Source of the DNA: Octopus sinensis
Lineage: Eukaryota
Reading direction: 5' to 3'
Assembly (NCBI RefSeq): GCF_006345805.1
Contig: NC_043004.1
Location: 58,838,001 to 58,902,000, forward strand
Length of the DNA: 64,000 nt
Position numbers and translations under genes: made by a program. Shown here piece by piece: positions 25,100 to 37,660 of this stretch (position 1 is its first letter; every line of letters starts with the position of its first letter). The notes under the pieces are model-generated. The model saw nothing but the letters and a program-made list of their open reading frames with translations, searched no databases and was not told the DNA's origin.

Positions 25100-25804
25100 T
25101 GGAAGCACTCTGTCGGTTACGATGACGAGGGTTCCGGTTGATCCGAATCAACGGAACAGCCTGCTCGTGAAATTAACGTGTAAGTGGCTGAGCACTCCAC
25201 AGACACGTGTACCCTTAACGTAGTTCTCGGGGATATTCAGCGTGACACAGAGAGTGACAAGGCCGGCCCTTTGAAATACAGGTACAACAGAAACAGGAAG
25301 TAAGAGTGAGAGAAAGTTGTGGTGAAAGAGTACAGCAGGGATCACCACCATCCTCTGCCGGAGCCTCGTGGAGCTTTTAGGTGTTTTCGCTCAACAAACA
25401 CTTACAATGCCCGGTCTGGGAATCGAAACCGCGATCCTACAACCGCGAGTCCGCTGCCCTAACCACTGGGCCATTGCGCCTCCACGTATGCAAATTAACC
25501 AGCTTCAAAAACAGGGTCTGGTTACTCAATACGGTGCCATATATTGCATGATATGGCACAGTATTTCCTGGAAATTTCAGATTTCTGGAAGCCAGAAAAA
25601 AGGTACAACAGAAACAGGAAGTAAGAGTGAGAGAAAGTTGTGGTGAAAGAGTACAGCAGGGATCACCACCATCCCCTGCCGGACCCTCGTGGAGCTTTTA
25701 GGTGTTTTCGCTCAACAAACACTTACAATGCCCAGTCTGGGAATCGAGACCGCGATCCTATAACTGCGAGTCCGCTGCCCTAACCACTGGGCCATTGCAC
25801 CTCC
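25100..25804 (-). mobile_element. Compound B1 SINE locus (full copy, 120 bp of foreign flank, then a half copy)
   Basis: B1 at 25100-25484, then sequence matching 17297-17416, then the head half of B1 at 25601-25804. Confidence 0.85.
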
Positions 25805-26079
25805 TTATATATAATGGACTAAACAATTGCAGTGCACTTACTTAATTTAAACATTCACCTATTTTATATTTGCAACAGTAACACTTATATTTACAATGCT
25901 TATATTGCACTCACCCCACAAAAGAGGCAACAATTTTAACATGTTTGAATGATGATAGGTTAAAGCGAAAACAAATGATGTGACATGTCTGTTATCAAAC
26001 GATCACAGAAACATTCTTTTCAGGTGCTGAATACCATCTCTTCTTCCCATGTTCCCTCCCACGTCCTTTTCCCAGTTTT

Positions 26080-28187
26080 CAGAGTTGGCACTGTCAATGT
26101 AAGCATATTAAAAGGTAGGTCTAGCAAGATTGTTGAGATGCTTTAACGAAGGCATGTTGATGTATGTAGCTAGATTCCTCACAGGCAAGACACAGGTATA
26201 AAATCTTCTGGGAAGGTAACAGTGATGGGGTAGGTGCTGTGAGCATACTTCTTGCAGAGAAGTGGGTGGATAAGGTCGTAGAGGTAGTCAGAGTGTGCAA
26301 TAGCATGCTTAAGCTCAGGCAAGTCTTGCAGAATAGTATAATGACAATTATCTCTACCTGTGCCCCACAAGCAGGCCTACCAAGTGAACAGAAGGACCAC
26401 TTATATATTCTTTTGCAGGTTACCTCAAAGATGAGTAACAATGATCTCATCTTTGTGGCTGGGGATTTCAATAGACATGTCAGATGGCAGCCAGGTATCT
26501 TCTATGGTATACATGGAGGCCATGGAATTGGTTCCTGAAACAAAGATGGAACAAAGCTACAGGAGTTCTGTGATGCAAATAACCTATTGATCTGCAACAC
26601 CAACTTCAAGAAACCAGCCAGCCAGCTGATAACCTACAAATCAGGTGACTGAGCTAGCCAGATCGATTGCGGAAGCATTCCGTCGGTTCCGACGACGAGG
26701 GTTCCGGTTGATCCGATCAACGGAACAGCCTGCTCGTGAAATTAACGTGTAAGTGGCTGAGCACTCCACTGACACGTGTACCCTTAACGTAGTTCTCGGG
26801 GATATTCAGTGTGACACAGAGAGTGACAAGGCTGGCCCTTTGAAATACAGGTACAACAGAAACAGGAAGTAAGAGTGAGAGAAAGTTGTGGTGAAAGAGT
26901 ACAGCAGGGATCACCACCATCCCCTGCCGGAGCCTCGTGGAGCTTTTAGGTGTTTTCGCTCAACAAACACTTACAATGCCCGGTCTGGGAATCGAGACCG
27001 CGATCCTACGACCACGAGTCCGCTGCCCTAACCACTGGGCCATTGCGCCTCCACTGCCAGATCGATTACATTCTTACCAGACAGCGAGATGCATGGTTGC
27101 TCTTAGATACAAAGACTCTCCCTGGTGAAGAATGTACCTCCTGAAGCAGACCAATCTGGAAACAAAGGATTTGGAAGCTTAAGGACCCTTCATATGGTCA
27201 GAGATTTAGGGACACCCTAATTGAGAAATTTGATGAGAGGGAGGAGCTACCGACTTGTAATGTACAGGGCAACTGGGAATTTCTGCAGGACAGTTTGCCG
27301 AGTGCCACAGACCAAATCCACAGCTGGTACAAAGCCCCATTCAGACCTAGGGTAACGTGGGTTGGGGGGGAGGACAATGTTGTAGACAGGGAAATTAGTG
27401 CAAAGAAACAAACCTGGAAGGCCTGGAAGAGTGGGGTTAGCAGGGACATGTATCAGATAACCAGTAGGGAAGCTAGGAGATAAGTATATCTAGCCAAGGG
27501 AGAAGCAGAAAAGAAGACATTTGCCTATGTTCAGCAACATGAGGACCAAAGAACTGAAATGTTTGGGATTGCAAGACAGCGTATGAGAGAAAATTGTGAC
27601 ATCATAGGAGAGAAATGTGTCTGCATGGATGATGGTGCACTTGCATTTAATGATTCTGCAAAAAAAAGAGGCTTGGAAATGCCATTATGAAAGACTGCTG
27701 AAGTGGTGAATGAATGAGAAGCAGGGAGTCTGCCAAATGTTGACCCAATTGAGGGACCAGCCACCCGAATTGACAATACCTTGGTACATAAAGCAATTAA
27801 GGATATGAAGAGAGAGAAAGCCACCAACCCTTCAAGAATCACCACTGAAATGCTCAAAATATCTGATGGTGTGGGTTATGATCTAGTAATCAGGTGGTTC
27901 ATGAAGGAGTCATATGGTGTAGCAGCACCATAGTCAACTGCTGCTAAAGTAAAAGTGATGCCTTAGATAGAAATACTTACAGAGGTATCAAATTGTTTGA
28001 TCAGGTGATGAAAGTTACAGAGAAAGTCATAGCCCAACTAATTAAGGAGAGAGTTAGTCTAGATGAGATGCAGTTTGGTTTTGTGCCAGGAAGAAGCACC
28101 GTTAATGCTATATTTCTGGTAAGGCAACTGCAGGAGAAATACCTAGTCAAAGATAAACCCCTGTACTTGACTGTGGTTGACTTGTGA
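26080..28187 (+). pseudogene. Decayed RTE (BovB-like) LINE: APE endonuclease and RT N-terminus
   Basis: Motifs VGTVNV, GNSDGVGAV, CAPQ, GDFN.HV, QIDYIL, then YRGIKL, QFGFVPGRST..AIF..RQLQEK and VDL, with many stops and frameshifts. Confidence 0.9.
26669..27055 (-). mobile_element. B1 SINE inserted in the RTE endonuclease
   Basis: 12-bp TSD GCCAGATCGATT at 26657-26668 and 27056-27067. Confidence 0.93.
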
Positions 28188-28256
28188 GTGAATTTTGATT
28201 TGGTAGATGAAAACTGAAGAAGCCCATTGTCGTGCTCTCTCTCTCAATACACATAT

Positions 28257-28304
<48 letters not shown>

Positions 28305-28329
28305 CACACACATATATATGTATATATTG

Positions 28330-28557
28330 AAGGAAGGAGCACTCTGTCAGTTACGATGACGAAGGTCCAGCTGATACGATCATGAAAATAATGTGCAAGT
28401 GGCTGAGCACTCCACAGACACGTGTATCCTTAACGTAGTTTTCAGAGACTGGAGCAATGTGAAATAAAGTATCTTGCTCAAGAACACAATGCGTCACCAA
28501 GAATTGAACTCACGATCGTGAGCCGAATGCCCAAACCATTAAGCCACACGCTTTCAC
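28330..28557 (-). mobile_element. Older SINE family C (related head, B1-type tail); related copies at ~33620-33860 and ~42130-42300
   Basis: A tRNA-like head, the core TTGAGCAAGATACTTTATTTCACATTGCTCCAGTC, then a B1-like tail. Confidence 0.65.
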
Positions 28558-30129
28558 TATATCTGTGTGTGTGTAATTCTATATAGCAGACATACTAACA
28601 TGCGAAATTTATGCTGCTCCGTAGATTGAAAAAATGATCAACAACTCCAATTTTCAAGCCTTACCAGGGTCTTATCAGGTGTCTACATCAATTGTCCAAT
28701 CTTTGAGAAACAAGTAGTCAATCATCATCCTCATCGTTTAACGTCCGCTTTCCATGCTAGCATGGGTTGGACAGTTCGACTGGGCTCTGGGAAGCCAGGG
28801 GGCTGCACTAGGACCAGTCTGATCTGGCAGTGTTTCTATAGCTGGATGCCCGTCCTAACGCCAACCAGTCTGTGAGTGTAGTGGGTGCTTTTTATGTGCC
28901 AGGTGAGGCTGGCAATGGCCATGATCGGTTGGTGCCAGTTGGGGCAGCACTGGCAACGGCCACGTTTGGATGGTTCTTTTCAATCTATTTATATAAACAT
29001 CCAGTCTAGTGGTGTGAGAGAATGGACTGCTAACTTGCATTCTGCGAGTGTTCAACACTTTATATATGTGTGATGAATAGCTTTCTAAATTCTAAACCAG
29101 GATTTGAAACCAAATTTACATTTTTTTCTACAAGTTCTTGGCTTTTGCACTTGGAAATTTATGAGAGTCAACTTTCACACAGATAAATTACATTCTTTGA
29201 ATGTTTTGATTGAAACTTGGGCCAGGGCAGATAAAAGATGGAAAATCCTTTACCTAACCTGACTTAATTTAGTTAGGAAAAATATAAATACAGAGCCCAA
29301 AATCTGTTCTATCTCTTTGGCACCTAACTGAAGAGCACCTCTTTTTCTCACTTCACTTACGGCTTTTCTAAGAGGGAGCATTTAACTTTCACCCTCTCTA
29401 TTTGTCAACACAAAGAGGTAGACTCCCTTACTCTTTCACACTCCCTCCTTTTTCCACCCATCTTCTAGCAGTCACTCACAGATGAAGTTAGCTACCTACA
29501 GAATGGATAACTGAACTACAAATGATCATTGAACAACAGCAACTCAAAAAAGTTGTGGCTTACATTGTAATGACCAAATAAAAGGCCATTTCAACTAATG
29601 ATATTTTCTCCTGTCATTCATTTGCTACATACATTCATTGCTCTTGGTGAAGCAGACATACAAAACTGTGCATATAATTGTTAAATGTGTGTGTGTGTGC
29701 ATGCAACATTCTTTGTTTAACTTCCCACTGCTTGATAACTGGTGTTGGTTTGTTTATATCCTCATAACGTTGTTCAGCAAAAGGGTCTGTTAGTATGAGC
29801 CAAATTTCAACAAATAAATAAATACTGGAAACAATTTGATTAACTAAATCCTTCAAACAGTACCCCAGCTTGGCTACATTCCAATAACTGAAACAAATAG
29901 AAGAATAAAAGAGTATGGGGGAGAATCCAATGTTGTATATCATACAGTTTGTCCTTAAAAGTGATCAGAAGCGCAGGCATGGCTATGTGGTAATAACCTT
30001 GCTTTCCAACCACAAGGTTCTGGGTTCAGTCCCACTGTGTGGCACCATGGGCAAGTGTCTTCTGCTATAGCCTCGGGCCAACCAATGCCTTGTGAGTGGA
30101 TTTGGTAGGCGGAAACTGAAAGAAGCCTG

Positions 30130-30177
<48 letters not shown>

Positions 30178-30290
30178 ATCACGTGACCGACCAGACCATT
30201 AGATGTTGTTACACATCGCTGGTCACAATGCGTTCGCCTTGTTTTAGCCTTCGAATGACGCCACCCCGCTGGCTAAGCGAACAGGCCAAT

Positions 30291-30329
<39 letters not shown>

Positions 30330-33300
30330 AGTGTGTGTGTATGTTTTTGTATTTGTCCACCGACCCCCACCATCACTTGACAACCGATGTTGGTATGTTT
30401 ACGTCCCGGTAACTTAGTGGTTCGGCAAAAGAGACTTATCGAATAATTCCTGGGGTCGATTTCTTTGACTAAAAGGCGGTCTCCAGCATGGCCGCAGTTG
30501 AACGACTGAAACAAATAAAAGAATATATAATACCATATTTTCAAATGACAATATCCAATATCAACCTACCTTTATATTATTTTTAGTAGAGGTGAGGTGT
30601 TATTTCTAGCAAGTTAAGTGACCGCATAGAGGGTCCAAATTCGTAATGTTGGTGCGAAAGAAGCAATACATAATATTATGACCAAGATTCTAGAACTATG
30701 GGAAGTAATTAAAGGGGGGTAACCAAATGTTGCTTAAAAATAGTGTGGCAACGTGCTTCAGTTAATTTTGAAAATAATGAATTTAACAAAATAACTTTTG
30801 ATTTCAAGAAGAGTTAAATAACGTAACTGAGGAAAAACGTGTCAAATCCTTATTTCAAAATTGTTAAGAATGTGGAATGAGGAAAGAAATTGCTATCTAT
30901 TAAAGGGAGATAATTTCATAGTCTCATGCTAAATACTTAAGATTGCAGATTTTGTGACTGAGTTTGAATTTTTTTCTGTTGGAGAAAAACTAGGAAACCT
31001 ACTGTCTTAACCATTTAGCATTTAAACTAGCCATATGCATCCCAAATTTTTTTATGTTCAAACTGGTCAGATTTGGACTTTCACACCTTCTGTACTATGT
31101 CATTCTAAAAACGAACATTCACATCATCAAAATCTCATTTTAAATTTAAAGCAACATGAATAAATAAGCATTACGTTTGGCAGAGTAATAAGAATGCTCA
31201 AGTGTTAAACACAGAGGATGGAGTGATAAGGTTGCGGAAACGTTGGTAATCACTGCCAGAAAGACACCATACAAAATATTCCAAGTTGAGGATAATGTCT
31301 AATCATTCTATAGTGGCTTTATGCCAGTATGACGTGGATTCGATCCTCGATCGCCAAATTTCACTTAACAGTTCAACAGCATTTTTCTCACGGTAAAACA
31401 ATAGTTTTTCTGTGAGTGGTAGCAGTTACATTTACCAGATGCCTTCGCTAAGCAGAATAATATCTTTGCCACTTGACCCTTCTAACCTCTTCTATTTCAC
31501 CAAAAGCTAGAATAGAGATAACAGACCCCCAACGAATTCCATTGTTCTCAACAATATCCTTCCGACTGGTTTTGCATAGTTATAAATACTAGGATTTGGT
31601 ATGGCAAGACCAACTAAAGTCATGGCCACAAGCAGGTAGCCGCTAAAGACAAATGGTAGATGGAGAAAGAAAGTTACAATCAGCCAACTATGAAACACAA
31701 ATTCCCTTGACTCGATAACTTTCACAAACTCAATTTCTTTTCTCTTACAACAGCATGCTATCACTATCTTTGGTTTACTACTACAATAAACGAGGTATGG
31801 TATTATATTAAGTAACGGTAAATAAATATTTCTTTACAGATACCATAACAAGCACCGTTACAATTCCATTAATCTTTGTGCAACAATTTTCCACCCATAG
31901 GGAGTTGTAGCTTGAGTAATATCTTAATCATTTACTTGTTTCAGGTGTTGAACTGTTATACACGCTGAGACACGTCTTGAAGGGCTTAGTCAAACAAATC
32001 AACTCCGATACCTATTGTTTTAAAATTTGGTGCTTATTCTGTTGGTTGCTTTTGCTAAACCGTTACGGGTTAGGGACATAAACAAACTAACACTGGTTGT
32101 CAAGCAGTGGTGGTGGACAAACATAAACAGGTATGTATGTGGTATCCGAGGTCGACTTTGCCTTTCATCCTTTCGGGGTCGATAAATTAAGTACCAGTTA
32201 CGCACTGGAGTCGATGTAATCGACTTAATACCTATGTCTGTCCTTGTTTGTCCCCTCTGTGTTTAGCCCCTTGTGGGTAATAAAAAAATAGGTATGTATG
32301 TGGTGAACTTCCATACACTTTCCAACTACTAGATTCATTTACAAGGCTCAAGGCAATAACTGATACTTGCTCAAAGTGGGACTGAACCTGAAAAACTTGA
32401 AACCATGTGGTTGCGAAGAGTACCTGTACCTATATGTTCGTTACCATCATGACCAATCAGTTGCTACGAAGCCAATGAGAAAACCACTGTGGTTACAGAA
32501 CATGCAAGAAAATGAAGCCGATTCTTCCCAGCTTAAAACGAATTAAACTTAGAGGGTCAAACCAATATTGTAGAAATAAGGATGGGATGAGATGCTCATG
32601 ACTTGGGGTCAGTCAAACAATAAAAAAATTGACTGTCATCCAACACACAATTGACAAACTTAACACATAGAGACTAATTTGGGATAATTCAAAGTTGTAT
32701 TTCGTAAAGTTTGTGTTTAAAAGTGATCATGCGCAGGAGTGGCTGTGTGGTAAGTAGCTTGCTAACCAACCTCATGGTTCCGGGCTCAGTTCCACTGTGT
32801 GGCATCTTGCGCAAGTGTCTTCTGCTATAGCCCCGGGCCGACCAATGCCTTGTGAGTGGATTTGGTAGATGGAAACTGAAAGAAGCCTGTCATATATATG
32901 TATGTGTGTGTCTGTCTTTGTCCCCCTAGCATTGCTTGACAACCGATGGTGGTGTGTTTATGTCCCCATTACTTAGCGGTTCGGCAAAAGAGACCGATAG
33001 AATAAGTACTGGGCTTACAAAAGAATAAGTCCCGGGGTCGATTTGCTCGACTAAAGGCGGTGCTGCAGCATGGCCGCAGTCAAATGACTGAAACAAGTAA
33101 AAGAGTAAAGAGAATGCCATCTTCTTAGAAGACAATAGCCAACATCAAAGTTCTTTTATATTATTTTTAGGAGGGTGGGGTGATTGTTATTATTTCTAGT
33201 ATGTCAAGCGACCTCAAAGAAGGTAATGCTGATTGCTGGTTGTACGGAAGCAATACAGTTGTAAAATTATAACTACGGCTCTAGAACTATGGGAAAGAAA

Positions 33301-34492
33301 TCGCTAACTATTAAAGGGAGGTAATTTCATAGTCTCATGCTAAATGTTACATAAACACTCCAAAAACAACCTTCCACATGTAAGGACAGTGCAGCCATAT
33401 CAAAATGCTTGTTGCAGGTTCAGTTCCAGTGTTGCACCTTGCCAATGTGTCTTCTACTATAACTTACCAAAAGCTGGTCATATATCATTTGTCTTTTACT
33501 TGTTTCAGTCATCTGATTGCGACCATGCTGGGGCACTATTGATGTGTGTGTGTGTATGGTTACAGTAATCTCCTTGTCTTGGCATCTCAGGATAGTTATA
33601 AACAAGAATTACTGTCGTGTATGCTGTGACCTTCATTTTCAATTTTCTGTAAGTTGTACGATTGTGGTTTTGATTCCTCGACCAGGTGATGCATTGTTTT
33701 TGAGCAAAACACTTCATTTTACATTGCTCCAGTCCACTCAGCTGGCAAAAGTGAGTAATCCTGTGATGGATTAGTCTCTTATCCAGGTGGGAATTTATGC
33801 CATGGAAACCGGCCCTTATGAGTCAGCATGACTCGAGAAGGTAACTTTTACTTTTAACTTAATCTTTAGTAAAAACATCTGGCCTTGGGGAAATATTATC
33901 TGACTTGGAAGCAGGTGAGGGTTAGTGATAGGAAGGGTGTCTGACAGTGAAAATCAGCCTCGAGAAATTCTAACTAATCCATGCAACTATGGAAAAGGAA
34001 ACGTTAAAATAATGATGTACCATTCCAGTCAACACTGATATATCAGAAAAGCATTTGGCTCCATCAACCTGTTATCCAAACACATCAAAAATTTTCAACC
34101 TCAACTTAGGAAACAACACAGAATACTGACTAGCAAGGATATGCAGTGTACACAAACATTTCAAAATTTGCTGTCCTCTGTTCATGTACCACAAGGATCC
34201 ATCACTTTCGTCTACAAGACTTTGGCTCTTTGTCAGTTAGTGTTGGCATAGCACACAGATGCCCTGCATAAATCAAGTAGGCGTAGCTTTATTGTAAGTA
34301 CAAAATTTGGTCAACAAACTATACTATACAATAGATTCATCTCAGACAAACTGATCTTTCTACAGTTATGAATGCCAGACTATGCAGACTTTTAAGCTAG
34401 CTCTTGCAAAGGGCTAATTGGGCCTTGCAGCCCACAACTAAAGAGAGAAATAATAATAAAACATTTATTAGTACCCTACCAATATGGTATAT

Positions 34493-34848
34493 CACCCTGA
34501 CCATGACCGACCAGTCCATCAGGCATCTATTTGACACCGCTGTCCACTCCTCTCTGGATCGCACCTTTCTCATCCACGTGATCCCAATCGCCCTCCTGAA
34601 ATCGTAACTCCATCGTCGTGGAGGTCTTTTCCACACACGTGGGTACCACTCGACAACTGCGTGCGTCCACCGATTATCGGTGAGCCAGGCGATGTGTCCA
34701 GCCCATCTATACTTTCTGCGATGACATCTCTCACGCTGGACTTCTTTCTGATGATCTTGCTACTTATGTGCTCTCTCAACGAGATACCAAGCATTGACCT
34801 TTCCATGGCTCTTTGAGCCGTTACCAGTCTTTGCTCTTCTCTCTTTGT
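34493..34848 (-). mobile_element. 5'-truncated RTE-clade LINE with TSD
   Basis: Translates to MERSMLGISLR...AGHIARLTDNRW...EWYPR...RRW (RTE C-terminus). Direct repeat ATATGGTATAT at 34482-34492 and 34849-34859. Confidence 0.88.
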
Positions 34849-35170
34849 ATATGGTATATATTACTTTAAATTCAGAGTAAACGAACAAATTTGAAGTTCT
34901 TTTAAAAGTTGAATTTTCAACTGTATGCATATAACAAATCCCCATCCAGACCGGATTCCAATGCTGAATGTTCAAGAACCAAATAAAGGGCTGATTTTCA
35001 ATCTCTGGAGCATCCTGTTTCCAAAAAGAGATGTCTATGTAGACTAAGATACAAAGAATTTCGCATTTATTATTATAGATATTACTTATACAATAGAATA
35101 AAATACCCCACACCCACAAAAAAAAAAAGCCAAAAGAGAGAAATCACCTCAAGCAGTGCTGAGATGCACA

Positions 35171-35386
35171 TCTATTTCTTTACTGCCCACAAGGGGCTAC
35201 ACACAGAGATGACAAACAAACGGATTAAGTCGATCCCAGTGCGTAACTGGTACTTAATTTATCGACCCCTAAAGGATGAAAGGCAAAGTCGACCTCGGCG
35301 GAATTTGAACCCAGAACGTAACGGCAAACAAAATACGGCTACGCATTTCGCCCGGCGTGCTAACGTTTCTGCCAGCTCGCCGCCTT
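35171..35386 (-). mobile_element. SINE family D with 15-bp TSD
   Basis: GTGCTGAGATGCACA at 35156-35170 and 35387-35401. Further D pieces lie at ~32146-32290 (TSD AGGTATGTATGTGGT), ~40300-40460 and ~48855-49005. Confidence 0.92.
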
Positions 35387-36392
35387 GTGCTGAGATGCAC
35401 ACCACCAACTTTGATAAGTGTTGAAGAATAGCAACTGTTGTACTTAGACATTGTCTACTACTGCTGAGATCACCACCTGTGTCTGCAAGCATACAGTAGT
35501 CTGACCATATTGTTGTCACACTAAGAATGCACAATAGTCCTTTGGGAGTAATGATACAGATAGGAAGACACATGCCAGGCCCTGCACAACCAACTACCAG
35601 TGCAACATCTCACAATTTTGTACCAGTAACTATCTTTCATTAGCAATTTCTTCATATTGTACACCTCTCCAAATAACATGTAGATTAGTTGTTTTCTGTG
35701 ATAAGGCCTGTTGTTCCAGTACATTAACCCTTTCATTACCAACCAGGCTCTGGCTTTGAGTACAAATGTCTTGTTTTCATAAGTTTTGAATTAAAATTTT
35801 CCACCAAACCTTATTCACAGTTTATGTTCTTAACACCAGCTGAACGATAATTAACTTATTTTACTAAATTCTTTGTTATATTTAAAGTAATTGAAAGAAA
35901 CACAGAGCATCTCAAAATAAATACAGTAACGAAAGGGTTAAGTGGCCAACAAAGCCTACTTTGCATTGAGCAGTAATAGTAATGGGTAGAATGTGTGAAT
36001 AACTCTGGCCTTGTGCACATGCCATGAGATGCTTAGTCATCACATAGAGCCAAGTATGATGCTACCCCTTCATTTTACAGGTTTCAGATTAAGTGAAAAG
36101 AATGCTCTCAAAACTGCAGTCATACACGACAACCTAATGACAATGTTCCAAGTATTTTACAACTAGCTGTCACTCACTCAGGAGTGTAGATTGGTATCTA
36201 AGTTCCTTTCACCATGATTGGTACATGTTTACAACTGGAAACAGGAAAGTGGATAATCGTTTTGAGATCCCTTACACATTCAATTTAAGCTGTTCTCGGA
36301 ATGCAGTGTTAAGAAAACCATTCTCACTATATTAACCCTTTCGTTACTGTATCTATTTTGAGATGCTGTGTGTTTCTTTCAATTAATTTAAA

Positions 36393-36768
36393 CTAGCATC
36401 GCCCGGCGTTGCTCAGGTTTGTAAGGGAAATAACTATATAAGCATTTTTAGAGATGTAAAGTATAATAGCCATATCAATATGGCTAACCACAAAGGAGGG
36501 GGGGGGGGTTACTGTAGCTTTTTACGTTCTGAGATTTAAAAATAAATTTTTAGAGAGTTACTTCCCTTATATATGCCAAAAATGGGAAAAATTGATGGTA
36601 AATTCTTTTTTAAATCGTAGACTCATGCTAATACCCAGAAGGGCTCAATATGAATCACGACTATGAGATACCCGGTTTTGGTTAAACTGCACCGCAAAAT
36701 GTGGGATTAGTTAGGAATCTAAATCGTAGGAGACAGACAGCAGACAACCTCTCTTTTATATATAAAGA
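36393..36768 (-). mobile_element. Helitron copy nested in a piggyBac MITE
   Basis: Same ends and body as 7439-7835. It splits the MITE between an A and a T without duplication. Confidence 0.9.
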
Positions 36769-37404
36769 TATAACAAAGAATTTAGTAAAATAACTTAGTT
36801 ATCATTTAGTTAAGAACGTAAATTGTGACTAAGGCTTGGAGGAACATTTTAATTCAAAACTTATGAAAACAAAACATTTTAACACAGAGCCGGTTTAGTA
36901 AGAAGAGGGTTAAACCAATCAAAATTTAATACAGGCGTTGAACTGGCAGCCATTTGAATACCAAAGAGAGATGTTTGGTGGTATTAGTTGTGTGCTCAGT
37001 GTAACTTTGCTTTTCATCCTTTGATGAAAAAGTACCAACCAGAATGGTTTGATGTGAGGAATCATTGTGAGTGTCAAGACAGCCTATTTAATGGTATCCA
37101 TTCCAACCTTTTCAGTTCTGAGATAAAAAATCTACCATGGCCACTTCAATGTTAGGCTTCAATTTGCCATCTGATTTGATGACAATGACACCTTGCAGTT
37201 CAGGTGCCTTCAGCCGAGTCCACTGTTGCAAGCAGTTGAACCAAGTCTCCAGTTTCTTTTGCCAGACTCACAAACTTTAAGGGTCACACACACACACACA
37301 TAGACACAATACTTTCCTCTCTGATCAAAACTAAAATTATTATAATTATATAAACCCAAACAGCTACACAAATAAAAACGGACACTGTACTTCTTATTTA
37401 AACA

Positions 37405-37410
37405 TTTATT
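37405..37410 (-). terminator. RPL35 polyadenylation signal AATAAA
   Basis: Plus-strand tttatt lies 18 nt past the stop codon. A short 3' UTR is typical of ribosomal protein mRNAs. Confidence 0.75.
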
Positions 37411-37428
37411 TGTGGCTATGAAACAAAC

Positions 37429-37660
37429 TTATGCTTTAACAGCAAACTTTCTGATTTTCCACAACATACGCTTCTTAGCCTGCCTGTGTGTCATCAAAGA
37501 TTTCTCTTTCTTTGTCAACTCCCGCCGCATGGCACGAGTCTTTTTGGGACGCAGATCTTTAGGCTTAAATTTCTTGTTACGGTAAAATTTACGCAAATTC
37601 TCTTTCTGGGTCTGGTTGATGACTGTCAATACTCGGGCAATAGATTTACGAACAACACGG
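37429..37660 (-). CDS. RPL35: RPL35 exon 4 (232 nt including stop)
   Basis: tttcttatag|C CGT GTT... translates to [26 protein letters not shown]...RKFAVKA*. The exons sum to 3+75+62+232=372 nt, or 123 aa, the usual RPL35 length. Confidence 0.97.
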
